Source: an uncultured Phycisphaerales bacterium
GTDB lineage: Bacteria > Planctomycetota > Phycisphaerae > Tepidisphaerales > Tepidisphaeraceae
Assembly (NCBI GenBank): GCA_963844715.1
Contig: CAWJPJ010000007.1
Location: 1,360,534 to 1,424,533, forward strand
Length of the DNA: 64,000 nt
Direction of reading: 5' to 3'
Below, piece by piece: positions 9,992 to 21,253 of this stretch. A model generated the notes under the pieces. The model was not told the origin of the DNA, did no database searches, and saw only the letters and a list, made by a program, of their open reading frames with translations. Within the stretch, counting starts at the first letter, position 1. Every line of letters begins with the position of its first letter. A program made the position numbers and the translations under genes.

Positions 9992-11409
9992 TTGCGAATT
10001 TTTTCCAGAGTCATATCAGCATTGCTGGCGGCGGCGGGGGTTTACATCCTGATTTTCGGACCCAGGGCGGGGTCGGAAATTCCGGCGGATCGGCGCGGGG
10101 ACACCATCGTCGAGTATTGGGAAAAGTGGACGGGGCAGGAAAGCGACGACATGGCGCAGATCGTGCGCGATTTCAATAATACGGTCGGGAAAGAGAAGCA
10201 CATCTACGTTCGGTACGTTTCGACGAGCGATATCCAATATAAGACATTGCTGGCGATCGCGGGGGGTACGCCGCCGGATGTGGCGGGATTGTTTCATGAT
10301 GTGGTGGTGCAGTATGGGGCGCTGGGGCGCTGGAGCCGCTGGAGGATTTGGCGACGGCGCATGGGATAAGCGGGGGGGACTATAAGCCGGTGTATTGGAA
10401 GGCGTGTCATTACAACGGGCATTTGTATGCGCTGCCTAGCACGCCGGGGGCGGTGGCGCTGTTTTATAACACGAAGATTTTTCACGATAGCGCGGCGGCG
10501 TTGCGCAGGGCGGGGCTGGATCCGGGGCGGGTGCCGCGGACGCTGGAGGAGCTGGATCGATATGCGGCGGCGTTGAATGTCTATAGCACGGATTCGAGCG
10601 GGCGGCGGCATTTGGATCGGGCGGGATATATTCCGATGGAGCCGGGGTGGTATATCACGGAAACACAGATCTGGTTTGGCACGGATGTGTGGGACTCGGC
10701 GAATCAGAAATTCATCCTCAACGATCCGCGCGTGGTGGCGGCTTATCAGTGGGTTCAGAATTATTCTTTGGCGATCGGGGCGGACGAGATTCGGGAATTT
10801 TCGGGGACCAACGATCCAACCAAGGGGGGATTCAACACGGTTCAGAACGCGTTCATTGCGGGGCGTGTGGCGATGGAACAGCAGGGGCCGTGGATGGCGA
10901 ATTTCATTCATATACTGAAGCCGGAGATGGATCATGAATGGGCGGCGGCGCCGTTTCCGTCGAATGTGCCGGGGCAAACGGATGTTACTTTTTGTCCGTT
11001 CAATTGCCTGATGATCCCTAAAGGGGCCAAGCACAAGGAGGCGGCGTTTGAATTCATCGCTTACGTGAATCGGCAGGACGTGATGGAGAAAATCTGCTCT
11101 TTGCAATGCACGAATTCGCCATTGGCGAGAGTGAGCGCGAGTTTTTTGGCGCATCATCCGAATCCGTATATCAGTGTGTTTGAGGAATTGTCGAGCAGCC
11201 CCAACGCCTATGGACCGATTGACAACGCGATCGGGCAGGAAGTGGGGAAGGATTTGCAGTCTCTGGCGCAGGGGCTGGCGGCTCTGGCGGTCGATCCGGA
11301 GACGGGGAAGTTGCTGAGCGCGAAGGATGCGCTGGATCGACTGCAGGCACGCGAAGAGGAGAAGCTGCGGATTTATCGGGAGGATCAGGCGCGGAGGAAA
11401 AACCAGTGA
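9992..11409 (+). CDS. Sugar ABC transporter substrate-binding protein (frameshift near 10325)
   Basis: Joined ORFs 9992-10369 and 10348-11409; AIAGGTPPDV, LYALP, LFYNTKIF, GRVAMEQQGPW. Confidence 0.9.
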
Positions 11410-12284
11410 GCCGGGAAGGGCGAAATTTTCTTAAGGGGATGGCGTTTCTTTCGCCGTGGCTGATTGGGTTCGCGGCGTTCACGCTGATTCCGGTGGCGCT
11501 TTCGCTTTATTACAGTTTTTGCCAATATTCGCTGGTGCAGTCGCCGTTGTGGTGCGGGTGGGACAATTACCGGCTGCTTTGGAACGATGACGTTTTCTGG
11601 CTCGCGATGCGTGTGACGTTCGTTTACGCGGCGATGGCGCTGCCCGCGGGGTTGATCGTGGCGCTGGGGCTGGCGCTGCTGCTGAATCAGAAGGTGCCGG
11701 GGCAGTCGCTGTTTCGGACGATCATTTTCATTCCGTCGCTGGTGCCGACGATTGCGTCGGCGGCGCTTTGGCTGTGGCTGCTGAATCAGAAGCTGGGGCT
11801 GGTGAATTGGCTGTTGGGGTGGGTGGGGCTGCCGGGGCCGGGGTGGTTGACGGATACGCGATGGGTGCTGCCGGGGCTGGCGCTGATGAGTGTGTGGGGT
11901 TGCGGGAACACGGCCGTCATCTATCTGGCTGGGCTTCAAGATGTGCCGCGCGAATTGTATGAGGCGGCGAGCCTGGATGGGGCGGGGCCGGTGCGGCGGT
12001 TGTGGCACGTGACGATTCCGATGATCTCGCCGGTGATTTTTTTCAATCTGGTGATGGCGATCATCGGCGTGTTTCAGGTTTTCGATGCGCCTTATCTGAT
12101 GACCAACGGCGGGCCTAGCCGGGCGAGTTATTTTTATACGTATTACCTTTACGATTCGGGGTTCACGTATTTGAAAATGGGATACGCCAGCGCGATGGCG
12201 TGGATTCAACTTTTGATCGTGGTGGCGCTGACGGGGCTGGCGTTTTTGACGAGCCGGAAATGGGTCTATTACCAGGGAAAATGA
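11406..12284 (+). CDS. Carbohydrate ABC transporter permease
   Basis: EAA loop ELYEAASLDGAG; TM helices. Confidence 0.95.
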   Translation: MSREGRNFLKGMAFLSPWLIGFAAFTLIPVALSLYYSFCQYSLVQSPLWCGWDNYRLLWNDDVFWLAMRVTFVYAAMALPAGLIVALGLALLLNQKVPGQSLFRTIIFIPSLVPTIASAALWLWLLNQKLGLVNWLLGWVGLPGPGWLTDTRWVLPGLALMSVWGCGNTAVIYLAGLQDVPRELYEAASLDGAGPVRRLWHVTIPMISPVIFFNLVMAIIGVFQVFDAPYLMTNGGPSRASYFYTYYLYDSGFTYLKMGYASAMAWIQLLIVVALTGLAFLTSRKWVYYQGK

Positions 12285-13154
12285 ATGGAAGCCTCGGCAA
12301 AAAGATCGCAAAAAATCGCGGTGGCCCTTTCATACGGCGGATTGCTGATCGCCTGCGGGATGATGGTGCTGCCATTTTTGTGGCTGATCTCGACGAGTTT
12401 GAAGACGGTGCCGCAGACGATGGAGTATCCGCCGCGCTGGCTGCCTGATCCGCCGATGTTTGGGACGTACGTCGATGTGCTGAAGAATCCGCGGGCGAAT
12501 TTTATTTTGTGGACGCGGAACACGCTGATCATTGCCGCGCTGACGGTTGCCGGGGTGACGATTTCCAGTTCGATCGTCGCTTACGGATTTGCGCGGATTC
12601 GATTTCGCGGGCGCGGACTGCTGTTTGCGCTGATGCTCTCGACGATGATGATTCCGTTCCCGGTGATGATGGTGCCCCTGTATGCGATCTTCCGCTGGCT
12701 GGGGGATCACACGGGGATTCAATGGCTGGGGACGTTCAAGCCGCTTTGGGTGCCGGCGTGGTTTGGGTCGGCGTTCAGCATCTTTTTGCTGCGGCAATTT
12801 TTTGTGACGATTCCCGAGGAGCTATCCGAGGCGGCGCGGATTGATGGGTGCAATGAGTGGGGGATTTACTGGCATATCATTCTGCCGCTCTCGCGCCTGG
12901 CGCTGAGCGTCGTCGCGCTCTTCACGTTCATGTATGTCTGGCGGGATTTCCTGGGGCCGCTGGTTTATCTCCAGCGGTCGAGCCAGTTCACGCTCACGCT
13001 GGGGTTGCAGGCGTTTCAGTCGCAGAACGGGGGGACGCCGTGGAATGAGCTGATGGCCGCGAGTGTGCTGGTGATTGCACCGGTAATCGTGCTGTTTTTT
13101 CTGGCGCAGCGGACGTTTATCGAGGGGATCGCCACGACCGGCATGAAGGGATAA
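12285..13154 (+). CDS. Carbohydrate ABC transporter permease
   Basis: ELSEAARIDGC; QRTFIEGIATTGMKG C-terminus. Confidence 0.95.
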   Translation: MEASAKRSQKIAVALSYGGLLIACGMMVLPFLWLISTSLKTVPQTMEYPPRWLPDPPMFGTYVDVLKNPRANFILWTRNTLIIAALTVAGVTISSSIVAYGFARIRFRGRGLLFALMLSTMMIPFPVMMVPLYAIFRWLGDHTGIQWLGTFKPLWVPAWFGSAFSIFLLRQFFVTIPEELSEAARIDGCNEWGIYWHIILPLSRLALSVVALFTFMYVWRDFLGPLVYLQRSSQFTLTLGLQAFQSQNGGTPWNELMAASVLVIAPVIVLFFLAQRTFIEGIATTGMKG

Positions 13155-13279
13155 TCTCCCCCGGCCTATTTTCCGGATAAGAGCTTGCCGTCAAAGGCGT
13201 TACGACCCCTAATGTCGTCAGGGTCGGGTGCCGATGAGGGGAGTGGGCATATAGTAAGTTAGAGGCTGGAGGGACGAAT

Positions 13280-13729
13280 ATGATTCCTCAATACGCTTAC
13301 TCGCTGAGTGGCGATCAGTATCGCGGGCCGTACGCGACGCGCGAAGAGGCGCTGGCGGCGGCGATTGAATCGGCGCGGCGTTCGCCGGCGTCGCCGCAGT
13401 CGGTGTTTGTGGGGCGGATGGTCGCGGCGGATGCGAAGGCGGGGGGACACGCACGAGCCATTTTGTCCAACATGGCGGCTCGCGCTCGGGAGGAATTTGG
13501 GGACGCGGCCGAGCAATATCTGAACGCGATTCCCAAAGCGCAAGTTGAAAATCTGGATCAAGCGCTGGAACTGGTCATTCGCAACTGGCTGCAGAATGCG
13601 GATTTGATGCCGACGTTCTTTAAGGTAGAAGCGATCGGAGAATATCCGGTTCCGGCGTCCAAGGAAGACCGCGATCCCGGCGATTACCGGGAAGTTCAGG
13701 AAATCGGCAGCGGCGAGTACGGCGGTTAA
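13280..13729 (+). CDS. Hypothetical protein
   Basis: 149-aa ORF with GGAGG RBS and coding-like codon usage. Confidence 0.7.
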   Translation: MIPQYAYSLSGDQYRGPYATREEALAAAIESARRSPASPQSVFVGRMVAADAKAGGHARAILSNMAARAREEFGDAAEQYLNAIPKAQVENLDQALELVIRNWLQNADLMPTFFKVEAIGEYPVPASKEDRDPGDYREVQEIGSGEYGG

Positions 13730-13741
13730 TTCCTGGCCTCG

Positions 13742-14140
13742 TACCGTTCCCTTGTGCGCGGTCTGGCGCATTTGTATTCTCACTTCGTTCATAACGGCAT
13801 TGGCACAGAGGACACAGAGGACACAGAGTGCACAGAGAGAGAAAGCTAATCTTTAATTTGTCTTCTCTGTGGCCTCTGTGTGGCTCTGTGTCCTCTGTGG
13901 TCGCATTTATTCCCGCGTGTTCGACCGCGGTTTGGGGGTACGGGGGATAATTCCTCTCTTCATACCGTTCACTTGTGCGCAGTCTGGCGCATTTGTATTC
14001 TCACTTCGTTCATAACAGCATTGGCACGGAGGACACGGAGCACACAGAGAGCACACAGAGAGAAAGCTAATTTTTAGTTTGTCTTCTCTGTGGCCTCTGT
14101 GTGGCTCTGTGTCCTCTGTGGTCGCATTTATCCCCCCGCG
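13742..14140. repeat. Tandem duplication (period 221 bp) of a ~175-bp unit carrying a family B hairpin (CACAGAGGA 9-mers)
   Basis: 13742-13916 and 13963-14140 are near-identical. Confidence 0.9.
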
Positions 14141-14154
14141 ATTCCGGAGGCGCC

Positions 14155-14883
14155 ATGTCCATCCGCGTTACCGTCTGGCATGAATTTCGTCATGAAAAGT
14201 TGAATCCTAAGGTTGCGGAGATCTATCCGCGCGGGATGCATGAGGCGATTGCTTCGCATCTGCGGAAGAGTTCCGATCTGGCGGTGCGCACGGCGACGCT
14301 GGACGAGCCGGGGCACGGGCTTTCGGGGGATGTGCTGGATTCGACGGATGTGCTGACTTGGTGGGGGCATCATGCGCATCCGGAAGTGAAGGATGACGTC
14401 GTCGAGCGGGTGTTCAATCGCGTTTTGGGGGGGATGGGGCTGCTGGTTTTGCATAGCGCGCACTTTTCCAAAATCTTTCGGAAATTGATGGGGACGGGGT
14501 GCGATTTGAAATGGCGCGAGGAGGAGAATGAGCGGGAGATTCTTTGGGTGACGCGGCCGGGGCATCCGGTCGTGAAGGGGATCAACGATCATTTCGTTAT
14601 TCCGCGCGAGGAGATGTACGGGGAATTTTTTGACGTCCCGGAGCCGGAGTGCACGTTTTTGATCAGCAGCTTTTCGGGGGGCGAAGTCTTCCGAAGCGGG
14701 TGCACCTGGACGCGCGGGGCGGGAAGGATCGTTTATTTCCGGCCGGGGCATGAGACGTTTCCAACTTATCATGATGCGAATGTGCTGAGGGTGATTGAGA
14801 ATGCGGTGCGGTGGCTGGCGCCGACGGGTTCGACGACGCCGCAAACTTATGGGAATCGGCCGATGGGGTGGGTGGATCGGTGA
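14155..14883 (+). CDS. thuA: ThuA-family (trehalose utilisation) protein
   Basis: [12 protein letters not shown]...YPRGMH...DVLTWWGH...LHSAHFSK...[12 protein letters not shown]. Confidence 0.93.
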   Translation: MSIRVTVWHEFRHEKLNPKVAEIYPRGMHEAIASHLRKSSDLAVRTATLDEPGHGLSGDVLDSTDVLTWWGHHAHPEVKDDVVERVFNRVLGGMGLLVLHSAHFSKIFRKLMGTGCDLKWREEENEREILWVTRPGHPVVKGINDHFVIPREEMYGEFFDVPEPECTFLISSFSGGEVFRSGCTWTRGAGRIVYFRPGHETFPTYHDANVLRVIENAVRWLAPTGSTTPQTYGNRPMGWVDR

Positions 14884-14956
14884 TTTGCCTGGCAGGTAGA
14901 GGGGGCGGGCGAACTATCGCAAATATGTCAGATTTCTGGTTAATCGGTCCAAATTC

Positions 14957-15065
14957 AAATGCAAAGCGGGGAGGCGGGAGAAAACCATACGGCCCCTCCT
15001 GCGGAAACTGCCGGAATCCTCCCGCACCCCACCACCCTCTTTCCTTCCCCTCAAACCGTCCGGCG
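14957..15065 (+). repeat. About 115-bp dispersed repeat, copy 2
   Basis: Matches 7417-7530. Confidence 0.8.
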
Positions 15066-15373
15066 GCGAAATAGCGTAGGGCCAATTGCATAATCCCATT
15101 GGCGTTCTCCCCCCTGGGGCGTTGAGCGGAAGGTGGAAAAGGTGGTGGGGTTGCAGGGGAGGATTCCGTTAGTTTTCGCGGGACAGGCATTATGGGGTTT
15201 TCCCTCCTCCCCTGGCATTGCGTGTCGTTTTTGAACGATAGATTGGCTCGTAATCGAACTCCAAGCGCACCAATTTTGCCCCGTGTTTGGCGATTCCAAA
15301 TCTTTTTCTTGCCCGCCCTTAACGCAATCTATACGCTATCAGTTGGGCCGTAAAAAAGACGAGGAGGCTCATC

Positions 15374-17434
15374 ATGCCTTACACGACGGGTGATATCAGG
15401 AATGTCCTTTTGGCCGGTCATGGTGGGAGTGGGAAGACCACTTTGGCCGATGCGATGCTGTTCGCTTCGGGGGCGGTTACGCGGAAGGGGTCGGTAGTCG
15501 ATGGGTCGAGCTTCAGCGATTTTGAGAAAGAGGAGAAGGACCACAAGCACTCGATCTTTTCGTCGATTCTTCATCTGGAACATCTGGGGAAACGCATCAA
15601 TCTGATCGACTGCGCCGGGCAGCCCGGATTTGATTGGGCAGGGGGTGGCGTGTCTGCCGGCCGTGGAGACGGTGGCGGTGGTGATCAATGCGGTGAGCGG
15701 AATTGAAGTGGTGACGCGGCGAATGATGGAGATCGCGCGGTCGCTCGATCTGCCGCGGGCGATCATCATTAACAAGATCGACGTTCCGGATGTCGATCTG
15801 GAAGGGTTGGTGGCGCATATCCAGGCGACGTTTGGGCATGAATGCCTGCCGATCAATCTGCCGACGGGCCATGGGAAGGCGGTTGTGGAATGTTTGCTGA
15901 ATAAAAATGGGGAGAGCGATTTTCTTTCGGTGGGGGACGCGCACACGGCGATTCTGGACCAGATTGTGGAACTGGATGAGACGCTGATGGAGCGGTATCT
16001 GGGCGGGGAGGAGCCGAATTACGAGGTTCTGCACGCCCCGTTTGAGATGGCGATGGATCAGGCGCATGTGGTGCCGATTTTGTTTACGGATGCCAAGAGC
16101 GGAGTGGGGGTTGCGGAATTGCTGGACGCGATCGCCAAGCATTTTCCGTCGCCGCAGGAGGGGAATCCGAGGCCGTTCCTGACGTTTCGGGGCGGTGGGG
16201 CGCCGGGGCAGCCTCAGGAGGAGGTTCCTTTTGAATATCGCCCGGACGCGGACAAGCCGCTGCTGGCGCATGTGTTCAAGGTCACGACCGATCCGTACGT
16301 GGGCAAGCTGGCGATCTTCCGCGTGCACCAGGGGAAGTGCAGCGGGCAATCGCAGGTTTACATCGGGCACAACAAAAAGCCGGTCAAACTCGGGCACATT
16401 TTTTATCTACAGGGGAAGGAACATCACGAGGCTCAGCAGATCATCGCGGGGGATATCGGCGCGGTGGCCAAGATCGAGGAAATCCATACCAACGACGTGC
16501 TGCATGATGATCACGCGCTGGATACCGTGCATCTGCGGCCACTGACATTCCCGACGCCGATGTACGGGCTGGCGATCGCGCCGAAGCGCGCGGCGACGAA
16601 ACGAAGCTTTCGGTTCAGCTTACCAAGGTTGCCGAGGAAGACCCGACGTTCCGCTGGGCGACGGATCGGTTGACGCATGAAGTCGTCATCAACGGGCTTG
16701 GGGAATTGCATCTGCGGCTGGTGCTGGAGCGGCTGGCGAATCGCGGGCTGCATGTCGATACCAAACCGCCGAAGATCGCTTATCGCGAGACGATTTCCGC
16801 CATCGCCGAGGGGCATCATCGGCACAAGAAGCAGACGGGCGGAGCCGGGCAATTTGGCGAGGTGTACCTGAGAATCGAGCCGATGGAGCGCGGCAAGGGT
16901 TTTGAATTCGTCAACGAGGTCTTTGGCGGGGCGATTCCGGGGCAATACATCCCGGCGGTCGAAAAAGGAGTGCACGATCTGCTCGAGCAGGGCGTGATAG
17001 CCGGGTATCCGCTTCAGGATGTGCGCGTGTGCGTGACGGACGGAAAGCACCACCCCGTGGATAGCAAGGAAGTCGCGTTCCGAGCGGCGGGAAAATTCGC
17101 GTGCAAGGATGCCGTTCTTAAGGCCAAGCCGGTGTTGCTTGAGCCGATCGTGAACATGGAAGTGACGGTTCCCGAGGACAAGATGGGGACGATCACGGGG
17201 GATCTCTCCGGCAAGCGCGGGCGAATCCTGGGGACCGACGTTTTGCCGGGCGGGATGGCGTTGATCAAGGCATCGGCGCCGCTGGCGGAGGTCATGCAGT
17301 ACCAATCGCAGCTAAAAAGCGTGACCGGGGGGCAGGGGACGTTTTCGATGGAACTGAGCCATTACGAGGCGGTCCCGCCGTTCGTGCAGCAGCAGATAGC
17401 GGGGCAATATAAGCCGAAGGTGGAAGAGGAATAG
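15374..17434 (+). CDS. fusA: Elongation factor G-like protein (EF-G2 type paralogue); frameshifts near 15612 and 16587
   Basis: GHGGSGKTT P-loop, NKID, AYRETI, HKKQTGGAGQFGEV, DGKHHPVDS, LLEPI. Confidence 0.93.
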
Positions 17435-17453
17435 GGTCGGATGGGCGTTCCCG

Positions 17454-17666
17454 ATGTCGAAAAGAATTTGCCCAACCTGCGGACGGGGTGCACTTCGGCG
17501 CGTTAAACGTGACGTGGAATGTAACTTCCGAGGCCATGCCTATACGGCCCCGGATATTGAGTTTCTTGAGTGTCCGAACTGCGGCGAAAAGCTTTACGAT
17601 CGGTCGGCCACGCAAAAGATGGAGTCGTACAGGCCAAAGGGCCGCCGTAGAGCGCGTGTGGCGTGA
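17454..17666 (+). CDS. YgiT/MqsA-type zinc finger protein (stand-alone)
   Basis: CPTC...CPNCGEKLY, 70 aa, no HTH. Confidence 0.8.
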   Translation: MSKRICPTCGRGALRRVKRDVECNFRGHAYTAPDIEFLECPNCGEKLYDRSATQKMESYRPKGRRRARVA

Positions 17667-17795
17667 GCGTTTCGGGTTAGATGCCCGGTGTCTGCGACGA
17701 CGGGAGTTACTCCTGCGAGGGTGACTTCTCGCGTTCGCCCTGGAGCCTTGGGTGGAACTCGTGATGGCCGTTATCTTCGGGGGCGGGGCGTGTTT

Positions 17796-17978
17796 TTAGA
17801 ATTTCGGCGAGCAGGGGGAACGTGGTGATCGCTCCGAACGCGAATACGCCCAGCCGGCGGCTTTGCGCTGATCGTTGCTGAGCCGGTCGGCGATCAAGAG
17901 CCCTATTCCCATTCCCAGGGCTGCGCGTGTTCCGGCAATCAAGCCGACTTCCGGGAGCGTGACGGTTCGCTGAGTCAT
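17796..17978 (-). CDS. Small membrane protein, probably frameshifted near 17845; 3' end uncertain
   Basis: AGGAG RBS; TLPEVGLIAGTRAALGMGIGLLIA hydrophobic segment. Confidence 0.6.
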   Translation of the reverse strand: MTQRTVTLPEVGLIAGTRAALGMGIGLLIADRLSNDQRKAAGWAYSRSERSPRSPCSPKF

Positions 17979-18111
17979 GATTTTCTCCTTTTTGATATTG
18001 CGCGACCGTTTTCTTTTACTCATATCCGTTGATTGTCCCCGCCCGGCTCGAGGACGGGAACGGAAATTCCGGATTTCGTACCGGTGCGGCGGGCACGTAT
18101 GATGCACGGAT

Positions 18112-19092
18112 ATGAATGCATGGTTGTTGACTGAATATGGATCGCTGGATCATCTGCGCATGGTGGAGGTCGCCGATGCGATTGCCGGGGCGGGGGATGT
18201 GGTTCTCGATCTGCAATTTGCGGCGCTGAATCCGGCGGACCGGTATCTGGCGCTGGGGGAATATCCATCGCGGCCGGCGGTGCCGCATGTTTTGGGGCGG
18301 GATGGGATCGGGATTGTCAGTTCGATCGGGCCGGAGGTGGATCAGTTCAAAGTCGGGCAGCAATTGCTTGTGCTGCGGGGGGACACGGGAGTTATTCGGT
18401 GGGGGACGTTTGCGGGGCGTGTGGCCGTCGCGGCGGATTCGATCGTCGCGCCGCCGGAAGGATGGACGACGGAGGAGGCGGCCAGCGCGTCGCTGGTTTA
18501 TCTGACGGCTTACCAGGCCATCACGCAGTGGGGAGAGATGGGGCAGTCGGTGGTGCTTGTCACCGGGGCATCGGGCGGCGTCGGAATCGCGGCGATGCAA
18601 CTTGCCAAGGCGATGGGGCACACGGTGGTCGCGTTGTCGCGTTTGGAGGAAAAGAGGCCGCGGTTGCAGGACCTGGGGGCGGATTTTGTAGTGACCACGA
18701 CTGATCCGGGGTGGGCAAAGAACTTGCTGAAGAGCCTGGGGGACCGGCGCGTCGATCTGGCGATCGACAACATCGGCGGCACGCTTTTTCCGCACGTGAT
18801 CGACACGATGGCCAATCATGGAAAGATCAGCGTGGTGGGGCGGCTCGCCGGGCCGGTGCCGCAGTTCAATACGTCCACGTTGCTGTTTCGCCGGTTGAGG
18901 ATTGGGGGCGTGGCGGTGGGGATGTATTCGCGGCCGGAGGCGCATGGGGCGTGGCGGGCGGTGGTTCGATTGCTGAACCAGATCGGCGCTCGGCCGCAAA
19001 TCGATAGGGTGTTTCCGTTTGATCTGCTTCCGGAGGCGTTTGAACGGCTGGGCGAGGGGCCGATGGGGAAGGTTTTGCTGAGAATTGAGTAG
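18112..19092 (+). CDS. NADPH:quinone oxidoreductase / MDR-family dehydrogenase
   Basis: ALNPAD, PHVLGRDG, VLVTGASGGVG, GKVLL. Confidence 0.92.
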   Translation: MNAWLLTEYGSLDHLRMVEVADAIAGAGDVVLDLQFAALNPADRYLALGEYPSRPAVPHVLGRDGIGIVSSIGPEVDQFKVGQQLLVLRGDTGVIRWGTFAGRVAVAADSIVAPPEGWTTEEAASASLVYLTAYQAITQWGEMGQSVVLVTGASGGVGIAAMQLAKAMGHTVVALSRLEEKRPRLQDLGADFVVTTTDPGWAKNLLKSLGDRRVDLAIDNIGGTLFPHVIDTMANHGKISVVGRLAGPVPQFNTSTLLFRRLRIGGVAVGMYSRPEAHGAWRAVVRLLNQIGARPQIDRVFPFDLLPEAFERLGEGPMGKVLLRIE

Positions 19093-19139
19093 CATTTTTT
19101 ATTGCGCTCGGGTCCGGGCACGACTTGCCCGTCTTCGTG

Positions 19140-19282
19140 TCTTTCGCTGGTTTCCGGGGGATGGGGTGAGGGGTCTTTGCGGGGATTGTGCCTCACTCTA
19201 AGACTTGCCCCTCACCCGTCGTGCCGAAACTAGCGGAAGGGGACAGGGAGTGCTCTCCCCGGATTACCGGGGAGAGGGGATA
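19140..19282. repeat. Family A repeats in inverted arrangement
   Basis: cgctggtttccgggggatggggtgagggg ... cccctcacccgtcgtgccgaaactagcgg ... ctctccccggattaccggggagag. Confidence 0.8.
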
Positions 19283-19327
19283 AGAGGGGGATGGTTATTG
19301 TGTTAAGGTTTGCTTAGGCTGTTGGGA

Positions 19328-19808
19328 ATGAGCGATAAGCCGCCGGGTTTTGATGCTACGCGGGTGCCGGGCGATGCGCGGTTTGCGGTTATCGCGGCTC
19401 GGTTTAATGAGGCGATCGTGGAGGAGCTTTTGCGCGGGTGCATCGCGAGGCTTTCGGAATTGGGAATGGGTAAGGAGCGGGTGGAGATTTGTCGGGTGCC
19501 GGGGGCATTTGAGTTGCCGATCGCGGCTAAATGGGCGACGGCGAGCGGGAAATATTCGGCCGTCATCTGTCTGGGAGCGGTGATTCGGGGGCAGACGCCG
19601 CACTTTGATTATGTTGCGGGCGAGGCGGCGCGGCGGAATTCAGCAGGTGGGGCTGGAGACGGGTATTCCGGTGATTTTCGGCGTTCTGACGACGGACAAT
19701 GAGCAGCAGGCGCGGGATCGAATTGGGGGCTCGCATGGTCACGCTGGGAAGCGCGCGGCGGAGGCGGCGCTTGAAATGGTCGGGGTGCGGCGGGTGTTCG
19801 AATCATGA
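19328..19808 (+). CDS. ribH: 6,7-dimethyl-8-ribityllumazine synthase (frameshift near 19630)
   Basis: ARFN, VPGAFELP, LGAVIRGQTPHFDYV, PVIFGVLTTD. Confidence 0.96.
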
Positions 19809-20227
19809 GCCAGATGCACAAATCTCGGGAGCTGGCGCTGCAGGTGCTCTTCCTGTGGGACACGCAGGGGGACTCCGATGTGGCCGCGGCGGGGCAGGTC
19901 ATGGGGGACTGGAGCGACGACGCGGTGGTGAGGATGCGCGCGATGCAAATTGCGCAGGGGGCGTGGGAAATTCGCCAGGCGACGGACGCGACTTTGGAGC
20001 GGCTGGCGCCGCAGTGGCCGCCGCGGCGGCAGCCGGGGGTGGATCGGGCGATCTTGCGGCTGGCGACGTGGGAGTTGACGCACACCGACACGCCGCCGAA
20101 AGTGGCGATTGATGAAGCGATCGAATTGGCGAAAAAATATTCAACCGAGCAAAGCCCGGCGTTCATCAACGGCGTGCTCGACGCGATCCTGAAGGAGCAG
20201 CCGCCCAAACCTGACGTTCCCGCATGA
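19805..20227 (+). CDS. nusB: Transcription antitermination factor NusB
   Basis: SRELALQVLF, VDRAILRLA, IDEAIELAKKY, FINGVLD. Confidence 0.96.
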   Translation: MSQMHKSRELALQVLFLWDTQGDSDVAAAGQVMGDWSDDAVVRMRAMQIAQGAWEIRQATDATLERLAPQWPPRRQPGVDRAILRLATWELTHTDTPPKVAIDEAIELAKKYSTEQSPAFINGVLDAILKEQPPKPDVPA

Positions 20228-21253
20228 GCTTCTTCTCCAAAACCCTCGACAAACTAAAAGGCGCATTGCGAAAAACCGCGGCGGTGCTCAACACCGACGT
20301 GCGCACGCTTTTCATCCCGGGCAGGCAGATCGACGAGGCGTTTCTGCGCGAACTAGAGGAGAAATTTCTCCAGGCGGATTTGGGCGTGGCGAACGTCGAA
20401 AAAATCATCGGGGAGATTCGCGAAAATTGGCGCGTCGGGAAGATCAAGAACGCCGCCGAGGCGGAACAGATCGTGCGGCGGCAGCTTCTTTCGGGTTGGC
20501 CGACGCAGGATCGGGAATTGCGCCAAGCGGCCTCGGGGCCGACGGTGATTCTGGTCGCGGGAATCAACGGGGCCGGGAAAGACGACGAGCATCGCCAAGC
20601 TGGCCTGGCTGCTGAAGGATCAGATGCACAAGAAGGTGATGGTGTGCGCGAGCGATACGTTTCGGGCGGCGGCGGTGGATCAACTGACGATCTGGTCGGA
20701 GCGGATCGGCGTGGAGATCGTCAAGCACCGCATGGGAGCCGACCCGGCGGCGGTGGCTTATGACGCGTGCGAAGCGGCCAAGGCGCGCGGATTCGATTAT
20801 CTCATCGTCGATACGGCCGGTCGATTGCATACGCAGCAGAATCTGATGCGCGAACTGACGAAGATCCGCGACGTCGTCGCCAAGCGCATCGAGGGGGCGC
20901 CGCAGGAAGTGATCCTGGTGTTGGATGCGACGACGGGGCAAAATGCCATTCAGCAGGCGAAGCAATTTTCGCAGGCGATCGGAATCACGGGGATTTTCCT
21001 GGCCAAGCTTGACGGCACGGCCAAGGGGGGCATGGCGATCAGCATTCGCGATCAGCTTTCGATTCCGGTGAAGTTCGTGGGATTGGGGGAGACGCCGCAG
21101 GATATCGAGACGTTCGATCCGGAGCGGTATGTGGCGGCGTTATTTGGAAATGCGAATGCTGATTGCGAATTAATCTCGGTCGCAATGAGCGGCAAGGCTA
21201 GACCAAGTCGGCGAAGGTTTTTTCCATTCTGCGGAAATAGTACAAGCCGCTGA
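20224..21253 (+). CDS. ftsY: SRP receptor FtsY (frameshift near 20580; 3' end uncertain)
   Basis: GINGAGKTT, DTFRAAA, DTAGRLH, DATTGQNA, KLDGTAKGG. Confidence 0.96.

Noticed and set aside
13742..14140. CRISPR array
   Set aside because: Only two long units, no 23-47 bp repeats with unique spacers, and no cas genes.
21198..21253. Biologically meaningful convergent overlaps ftsY/wzm (and alr/yccA near 59441-59737)
   Set aside because: The extensions do not look like protein and probably result from indel errors near the true stops.
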